Assembly: GCF_004010195.1 (NCBI RefSeq)
Contig: NC_057719.1
Location: forward strand, 84,632,833-84,696,832
Direction: 5' to 3'
Origin: Chiloscyllium plagiosum
Lineage: Eukaryota
DNA length: 64,000 nt
Shown: in pieces, positions 63,906-64,000 of the stretch
Layout of the letters: each line of letters begins with the position of its first letter
Numbering within the stretch: position 1 is the first letter of the stretch
Program-made: the position numbers and the translations under genes
Notes under the pieces: model-generated
Databases searched by the model: none
What the model was told of the DNA's origin: nothing
The model's input: only the letters and a program-made list of their open reading frames with translations

Positions 63906-64000
63906 TCAGAAGCTGATTTTCATGAAATGTGATCTGTGTCTAACTGTATTCCAGCTACGCTTTCCTGTGGCTGGGGAACTGACTAATCTTAAGCTGAACT

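Overview
Eukaryotic, repeat-rich DNA from a cartilaginous fish (shark; inferred from HE1/V-SINE and SacSINE-type repeats and a GPR139/142-like receptor). Two genes are supported, both on the + strand. (1) A two-exon class A GPCR (5683-5725 + 9572-10476, 315 aa). (2) The kinetochore scaffold KNL1/CASC5: 14 phase-compatible GT-AG exons from 13134 to 61752 (6214 nt, about 2070 codons), including a 5148-nt exon with KI1/KI2 motifs and 20 MELT-type repeats. The KNL1 5' exons (SILK/RVSF) were not found and its RWD exons lie beyond the window end. Introns hold CR1, L1, Rex/Babar and Gypsy remnants, SINEs, nested MITEs and at least three families of Penelope-like elements with minimal hammerhead-ribozyme motifs, often as inverted-repeat hairpins. 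Most notable: the higher-order block structure of the MELT array, and a Penelope hairpin just before the MELT exon whose hammerhead core is intact antisense to KNL1 but doubly mutated in the sense copy. There are three assembly gaps. All calls are by-eye reading; no searches were run.
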